DNA of 64,000 nucleotides, from the NCBI GenBank assembly GCA_021810565.1, contig JAJZIM010000012.1:325-64324 (forward strand), in the 5' to 3' direction. Source of the DNA: Bacillota bacterium. GTDB lineage: Bacteria; Bacillota; Sulfobacillia; JAJZIM01. Below are positions 58,040 to 64,000 of this stretch, piece by piece (position 1 is the first letter of the stretch; each line of letters begins with the position of its first letter). The translations under genes and the position numbers were made by a program. A model generated the notes under the pieces. That model did not search any database. It was given only the letters and a program-made list of their open reading frames with translations, and was not told the DNA's origin.

Positions 58040-59361
58040 ACCGGAGCGGCCCGCCGGTGGCCTCCGACTTCTACCCGCCCCAGATCACCATCACCGCGGG
58101 TAGTGGAATGACCGCCACCTACGTGGACACGGGCCACGTCCTGGACACCGGAGGTTTCGACGGAGCCTGCGCCGGGGACGAGTCCCACCCGTGGACGCCC
58201 CTCACCACCGTGACGGCTTCGCCCTTCGACGCCGGGGGCCAGTGGTCGGTGACCGGCACGGTCACCTCCGGCCCGCAGGCGGGTTTGAGCGGGGGCGGCA
58301 CCCTGGTCATCGATCAGGTGTACGGCGCCTCGCAGTTCACCGGGTCCTTCACCTTCCAGACCACGGCGGGGACGGTGTCCGGGAACATCGAGGACGGCAC
58401 GGTCAGCGCTGATACCCTGCAGTTTCTGGCCGTGGCGGGCACGCTGCAGGACCAGGTCACGGTGGACCTGAGCACGGCGGGGGTGACCCAAATGGCGGGC
58501 ACCTGGCAGGACAGCCTGGGGAACCGGGGGACCATGGCGGCCAGCCGGGGGTTGGAGCTCACCATGAGTGCATCTCCCTCCAGTCCCACGGTTGGTCAGA
58601 CAGTGTATCTGACGGCAACCTTGAGCGATGCCGCCGGCTACCCAATAGGGGGGCAGCCGGTGAACTTCGGGGTCGTGTATGAGACCCGAAACGGGGTCAG
58701 CTTAAGCGAAGCCGCGGCGACCACCGGATCCACCGGCCAGGCCGTAGTGGCGGCAGGCGACGACTTGGGTGGCCAGGTCACGTTCCGGGCCTCCTATCCC
58801 GGTGCAATCGCTGAACTGACTGTCGACTGGAGCGGAACCGTAGCCGCGACTCGCGTGGTACTGTCGGCCACTCCAGGGGTGATCCCGAACAACGGCAGCA
58901 CGCCGGCCACCATCACGGCTACGGTGTACGGGCCGGATAACCGGTTGCTGGCCGGAGTGCCGGTAACCTTTAGCACCGACCTGGGGCAGCTCGCCAGCAC
59001 CCGGAGCATGTCCAGAGTGATCTTCACCGATGCCCAAGGGCAGGCGGCAGATCAGCTCACGGCAAGGGAGACGGGCACTGCCACGGTCACGGTGGCTGTG
59101 TACAATGCTCCGCCAACGACGATTGGCTTTGTAACCACGCAATCAACGCTGGGCGATGCATGCTTGGTGGAAGTGGAGCCAAGTTCACCAAGTCAAGGTT
59201 ATGATTTGGAACAGCTATATAATTACGATCCAGCCGATGGTGTCACATGGGTTACCGCCAATGCCACATGGGCATATGATTTGGGGAGTTGGGATGCTCG
59301 ACATAATTACTCGGGTGGTATTCTTATGATTGGTAGCCCTACGGCCTTTCTCGATGCGTAA
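58012..59361 (+). pseudogene. 5'-truncated mosaic paralog of the 54512 lipoprotein (copy B). The first roughly 165 codons are about 99% identical to copy A, and the remainder is about 50% identical.
   Basis: It begins in frame immediately after the TAG of the preceding gene, with no RBS or signal peptide. Homology to A starts at 58046. Confidence 0.5.
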
Positions 59362-59442
59362 ACGTGTGATCCCGCTGTTTCTGGATGTACAGCGCATGAT
59401 GCCTTTTCTTCTGCGCAGGATGTAGATAGTTGGCTGATTGGG

Positions 59443-60663
59443 ATGCACAACGATTATATCGCGGGACATGCTTCGGTGGTCAATGCCATGCCTCAGGTAT
59501 ATCTTTCCTTTAGCAATATCGCGTCAATAGGGGTACATTACTATGCTGGCCAGCTGGCCGGGGAATGGACCTATCCCGACGGTGCCTGGATCGACTTTGA
59601 GGGTAGCTATTCGACGGCGTCGCAGGCTTTGACTGAGTTGAGCGGCTGGGCCGAGAAGGCTCCCAAGGGGAGCACCATCATGGATGAGGGTTGGAGAGCG
59701 GAAGATTGGCCATATGGCGATTCAAGTAGTGGCATGATGGGCTACATCACGGAACTCGACAAGATCAACAAGGCGTCGGTGGGAGAGAACTACGACAAAT
59801 ATCCGTTGTACCCCCAGGACTACTATCTCAATATGTGCCAACCCCAAGAGTATCCTCTAGCGGATTGCAGTCCCAATAGCTCTCAACCCTTCATCGGGGG
59901 GTTCGTAGGGGGCATAACCGCAGCGCATTTCATTGGCCCCCACGGGAATCTTCACACCATTCATGAGGAGTGGAACAATTACCAATCGGAACCATATCCA
60001 TTTAACTACTTTGCAGCGATCGTCGTTTATCAGGCCTATTATACGGTTTCTAATTGGTCGGTGTCCGCGTCACGCGAGTCGTTGCCCACGGTAGCACCTG
60101 CAGGAGCCTCCCTACAGACGTTGCTGCAGAGCCTGAAGGTTCGGGAGCGGGCACGTGCCAAAGAAGCTTCGACATTTTTCAAGAAGATAGATGCTTTGAA
60201 CAGGAAATATCCTTTCTCCGGCCCTGTCATTCCTCCACCACAGATCCTCCCTCCGAAGCCGCCTTACTCACCATCCGAACCTCATCCTACCTCCTGCCGC
60301 ATGTTCACGGCGAAGGTCTTGGCCCAGGTTTTTCGCACGGCAGGGTTGAATCCCGCAACAGGTCCGCTCATTCTTACTGGTAAGTGTTGGCGCATCAACT
60401 CGGGGCTGGTGATGTCGGGTGCGATGACCGAGCAGGGCGGCATGCCGTTCCTGATGTTGGAGGACCAGGGCCGTCCCGAGCTCGTGAGCGATCCCATAAG
60501 GCAGGTGAACGGTCCGGTCTTGATACTGGGGATGAAGACCGGCTGGGTCGCGGTGGCGCAGGGTTACGGCTACGCGTTGTACGATCCATCCACCTATCAG
60601 TGGGCGGCCTCCGACAACACCCTGCAGCCGTTCAAAGGAGAAGTGACGCCGCCGCTCGGGTAA
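59443..60663 (+). CDS. Hypothetical protein, possibly the detached C-terminal part of the copy-B paralog. Low GC.
   Basis: Weak similarity to the C-terminal domain of the 54512 product (for example SGWAEKAPKG against QAWVEKVAEA). Confidence 0.35.
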   Translation: MHNDYIAGHASVVNAMPQVYLSFSNIASIGVHYYAGQLAGEWTYPDGAWIDFEGSYSTASQALTELSGWAEKAPKGSTIMDEGWRAEDWPYGDSSSGMMGYITELDKINKASVGENYDKYPLYPQDYYLNMCQPQEYPLADCSPNSSQPFIGGFVGGITAAHFIGPHGNLHTIHEEWNNYQSEPYPFNYFAAIVVYQAYYTVSNWSVSASRESLPTVAPAGASLQTLLQSLKVRERARAKEASTFFKKIDALNRKYPFSGPVIPPPQILPPKPPYSPSEPHPTSCRMFTAKVLAQVFRTAGLNPATGPLILTGKCWRINSGLVMSGAMTEQGGMPFLMLEDQGRPELVSDPIRQVNGPVLILGMKTGWVAVAQGYGYALYDPSTYQWAASDNTLQPFKGEVTPPLG

Positions 60664-60715
60664 GCCACGCTCCCGCCGGGGGAGCCGGATCACTCTGCAT
60701 CGAAGGTGATGGCAA

Positions 60716-62143
60716 GTGTCTGGCATGGAACACGTCAAGAGTTGGATTGCCGCTAGAGGAAAGGCCAAGGTGGCAGCCGGGGTAGTGGCGGGGGTCCTGG
60801 TAGCTGCGGGAATTGCCGCCGCGTTGGCCCTTTCCTCTAGCCGAAGTTTGCGAGGGGCGGTACCCTCAAGCGAAGGTAATGCATCATCCACAATCTCCCC
60901 AAAGGCTAAGACCGGATGCGGACGAACAGCAGCCGGTATATTGGATGCTAATGGCCGGCCATATCGGGGCCTGCATTTTGCTCCAGTGGCAGTGGCTATG
61001 GATACCTACGGCAATATATATATTTTGTCAGCCCAAATATGGGTATTGTCGGCGCGAAATGAGACTCTCTTTGGAATAAGACTGCGGCAATCACATATGT
61101 ATAGTTTAGTCGCAAGTCCGCCATATCCTGCCCATTATGAACCTCCCGCCCCGCTGGGTTACGTCCACAGCGGCCATCCTGCCGAGTTATTTCCTGGCGG
61201 GAACATCTCACAGTTGGCGGTAGGGCCGAACAGCGGCGTGTTCTTTACCGCCGGATGGAACGGTGGTAGTAGTATCTTCCTCCTTGCCAGCAGAAACGAA
61301 ACGCGCTTCGGCAAACGGATGCAGGCGGGACACATCTATCCTGTGGCCGGCAACGGCAAGCCAGGCTGGTGGCGGTTCGGGGGCAACGGCGGTCCGGCCA
61401 CCAAAGCCGGATTGGGGGACCCCGCGGGGATGGCAGTGGACAGCCGCGGCAACCTATATATAGCCCAAATGGGCGGGCCGGGAGCCGTGTGGGTGGTGGC
61501 GGCGCATAATGAACAACTTTTTGGAAAAGCAATGAAGCAAGGCAATATATATCTAATAGCGGGAGGCTTAGCGTCCCCTCAGTCCGGTAAGCCATATTCG
61601 TCTATTAGAAGCGGAATTCCCGGAACGGCTGCATTTACTGGTCCGGCATCTGACGTGGCAGTGGACAGTAGCAGCAATGCCTATATGGATGCTTCCAGGA
61701 TGATAGCGGCACAAAAAGAAAGCATGTGGGGCTTTAAAATGAAGGCTGGGGACATCTATACCATTGCGCACGGCCATGCAGGGGGGCGTTTTATTGCCCT
61801 GGGAGCACATAGGAATATATTCGTAGCGAACTATTTTCGCAACAATATGGTGCAAATGATTGCTAATTATAGCGAAACACGATTTGGTATCCGCATGAAA
61901 GCAGGTCACGTCTACACGGTGGCGGGAAACACAGCGCGGGGCTGCACAGGTAATGGTGGGCCGGCCACCGAAGCCGAACTGAACAAACCCGCAAGCCTCG
62001 CATTAGGGAAGCACGGCAACCTGTACATCGCCGACGAGGGCAATGGCGTGGTGCAGGTGGTAGCAGCCCGTAACGAAACCCGTTTCGGGATACCCATGAA
62101 AACAGGGTGCCTCTACACCATCGTGGCTCAGCGAAAGCAATAA
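60716..62143 (+). CDS. NHL-repeat (six-bladed beta-propeller) protein with an N-terminal membrane anchor
   Basis: Repeats of ARNETRFG.(R/K)MKAGH.Y.VAGNG..G..GPAT.A.L..P.G.A.D..GNLYIA. Reduced GC. Confidence 0.65.
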   Translation: MSGMEHVKSWIAARGKAKVAAGVVAGVLVAAGIAAALALSSSRSLRGAVPSSEGNASSTISPKAKTGCGRTAAGILDANGRPYRGLHFAPVAVAMDTYGNIYILSAQIWVLSARNETLFGIRLRQSHMYSLVASPPYPAHYEPPAPLGYVHSGHPAELFPGGNISQLAVGPNSGVFFTAGWNGGSSIFLLASRNETRFGKRMQAGHIYPVAGNGKPGWWRFGGNGGPATKAGLGDPAGMAVDSRGNLYIAQMGGPGAVWVVAAHNEQLFGKAMKQGNIYLIAGGLASPQSGKPYSSIRSGIPGTAAFTGPASDVAVDSSSNAYMDASRMIAAQKESMWGFKMKAGDIYTIAHGHAGGRFIALGAHRNIFVANYFRNNMVQMIANYSETRFGIRMKAGHVYTVAGNTARGCTGNGGPATEAELNKPASLALGKHGNLYIADEGNGVVQVVAARNETRFGIPMKTGCLYTIVAQRKQ

Positions 62144-62146
62144 CCA

Positions 62147-63569
62147 TTGGGTAGCAATGACCATCGTAATGCGACGGTGACCCTTCCGGGACCCCGGGGG
62201 GACATAACCCCCGGCACGTCGGCCACGAGTTCCCTGTGGGGATCCTTCACCATCCCTGCCGGTCAGGCGGCCATCTTGACGCAGACGGCGGGGGGCACCG
62301 GCAGCGCCGACAACTTCGACACCAGCGACCTGCCGCTGATTTCCACCTGCGGCCCGCCGGTGGCCTCCGACTTCTACCCGCCCCAGATCACCATCACCAC
62401 CGGCGGTGGAACGACCGCCACCTACGTGGACACGGGCCACGTCCTGGACACCGGAGGTTTCGACGGTGCCTGCGCCGGGGACGAGTCCCACCCGTGGACG
62501 CCCCTGACCACCGTGACGGCTCCACCCTTCGACGCCGGGGGCCAGTGGTCGGTGACCGGCACGGTCACCTCCGGTCCCCAGGCAGGCCTGGGCGGGGGCG
62601 GCACCCTGGTCATCGATCAGGTGTACGGCGCCTCGCAGTTCACCGGGTCCTTCACCTTCCAGACCACGGCGGGGACGGTGTCCGGGAACATCGAGGACGG
62701 CACGGTCAGCGCTGACACCCTGGAGTTTCTGGCCGTGGCGGGCACGCTGCAGGACCAGGTCACGGTGGACCTGAGCACAGCGGGGGTGACCCAGATGGCG
62801 GGCACCCGGCAGGACAGCCTGGGGAACCGGGGGACCATGGTGGCCACCCGCTCATTGCGGCTGAGCCTTGCCGCATCCACTTCCAGCGCCCAGGTGGAGC
62901 AGGCGGTGTATCTCACGGCGAAGTTGACGGATGCAGGCGGCTATCCCATCGGGGGACAGCCGGTGGACTTGCGGGTGATCTACGCTAGCGATGCTGGGCT
63001 AGGCCTCAGCGCGCAGACACTGATTACCGATGCCTCCGGTGAGGGAGTGTTCACGGTCACCAACGACCTCCCGGGAACGGTCACCCTCCAAGCCCTGTAT
63101 CCGAGTCTTGCCGCCGCGGCCACGGTTACCTGGTCCGGGGAGGTGGTGATCTCCCGGGTGCTACTCACCGCGTCACCGAGCTTTATCCCGGCCGACGGCC
63201 TCACCCCGGCCACCCTGACCGCCACGGTGTATGGGGAGAGCGGTCAGCCGTTGAAGGGAATCCCGGTGACCTTCGCCTCGACCTTGGGGGTGCTGTCCGG
63301 CAGCCTGACCTCGGGGGAATTCACCAATGCCGAGGGGGGAGGCCGCCGACGAGCTGACCACCGGGCAGGTGGTACAGGCGACGGTCACCGTCACCGTGTA
63401 CAATGGGCCTACCCGGATCGTACGTTTCGTGGCGTTCGGGCTCTTGGTGGCGAACGTGGTGGCGACGGTTCAAAGCTTGGGGTTGATCGCACCAGTTTTG
63501 GCTGATGGGTTCCTGGCGGCCTGCGGCTTTGCGGTGAACCAGCGCACCAGGATAGCCGGCACAGCCTAG
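62147..63569 (+). pseudogene. 5'-truncated copy C of the lipoprotein repeat family, near-identical to A over 1.27 kb but frameshifted at a G6 run (63334-63339, G5 in copy A)
   Basis: ORFs 62147..63505 and 63327..63569 are the two frames on either side of the homopolymer indel. It starts right after the TAA of the NHL gene. Confidence 0.5.
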
Positions 63570-63684
63570 TGGCGGCTGGGGGTGCAGGTCGGGCGCGGTT
63601 TTGCCCCGACGGCGTACCTGAACCCCTGACCGGTTCGGCCATTTAGGACTTGGCCCGGCATTTTGCGGTAGGAGGCGATGTGGG

Positions 63685-64000
63685 ATGAGCGCGGCCCAAT
63701 ACGGTCAGCACAAATGCGTCATGGTCATCGACGGGGACCTGCCCCTGGGGCTTATCGCCAACACGGCGGCGGTTTTGGCCCTGTCGCTGGGGGCGAGGAT
63801 CCCGTTGCTGGGTCCGGAGGTGGTGGACGGTTCGGGCTCACCGCACGCCGGCATCACAACCACTCCGATACCCATTTTGAAGGGCGAGGCCGAAAAGGTA
63901 CGCGACATCCGGGCCCAGGCGGCAGGCATGGGGGAAATGTTCGTGGTGGACATCACTAACGCGGCCCAGACCACCCGGAACTACGAGGACTACACCGCCA
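63685..64000 (+). CDS. DUF2000-like small protein (partial, runs off the window end)
   Basis: ATG after a ggtaggagg RBS. MSAAQYGQHKCVMVIDGDLPLGLIANTAAVLALSLG fits the DUF2000 N-terminus. Confidence 0.4.
   Translation, partial: MSAAQYGQHKCVMVIDGDLPLGLIANTAAVLALSLGARIPLLGPEVVDGSGSPHAGITTTPIPILKGEAEKVRDIRAQAAGMGEMFVVDITNAAQTTRNYEDYTA

Noticed and set aside
52654-63434. CRISPR array or diversity-generating retroelement as explanation for the repeats
   Set aside because: The repeats are 297 nt and about 1.2 kb coding repeats without short spacers or cas genes. No reverse transcriptase or TR/VR pair with adenine-specific differences is present.

Overview
A 64 kb, very GC-rich (~68-70%) chromosomal segment that looks like an endospore-forming, Gram-positive-type bacterium (spoIVA, hbs, SLH domains, Bacillus-style qcr operon). 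From 84 to about 45.5 kb almost everything is + strand core metabolism. In order: a frameshifted ISAs1-family transposase; spoIVA-hbs; a ThrE-family exporter pair; a Rieske/cytochrome b-c menaquinol oxidase operon; three tandem small paralogous genes on the minus strand; hom-thrC-thrB-lysC; tRNA-Pro; pirin; a GT2 glycosyltransferase; corA; a class-III aminotransferase; and a LysR regulator. Then a long operon: CCG-domain (HdrB-like) protein, molybdopterin oxidoreductase, 4Fe-4S subunit, then translationally coupled moeA, a MoaA-like radical-SAM lacking the auxiliary-cluster cysteines, a QueD/PTPS-like protein where moaC would be expected, mobA, a second moeA, a ferredoxin and a ferredoxin-reductase-like flavoprotein. 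Next come a SAM-recycling cluster (methyltransferase, speH, ndk, mtnP, ahcY), a GAF-GGDEF-HD-GYP protein, mtaD, a thioesterase and two MmyB-like regulators. From about 45.6 kb the window turns accessory. It holds two acid-protease families (a G1 glutamic peptidase, and a 1398-aa sedolisin(S53)-Big_1x5-G1 fusion) and orphan TadG-like plus CpaE-like genes. It also holds a family of Big_1 lipoprotein genes with kb-scale near-identical nucleotide repeats: one full gene plus two 5'-truncated copies sitting right after the stop codons of unrelated genes, one with a G5/G6 homopolymer frameshift. The repeats are interleaved with low-GC inserts (NHL-repeat protein and hypotheticals). The most novel-looking items are the non-canonical MoaA-like/QueD-like pair inside the Moco operon, the CCG-anchored cytoplasmic molybdoenzyme with a long structured leader, and the cassette-like repeat family.
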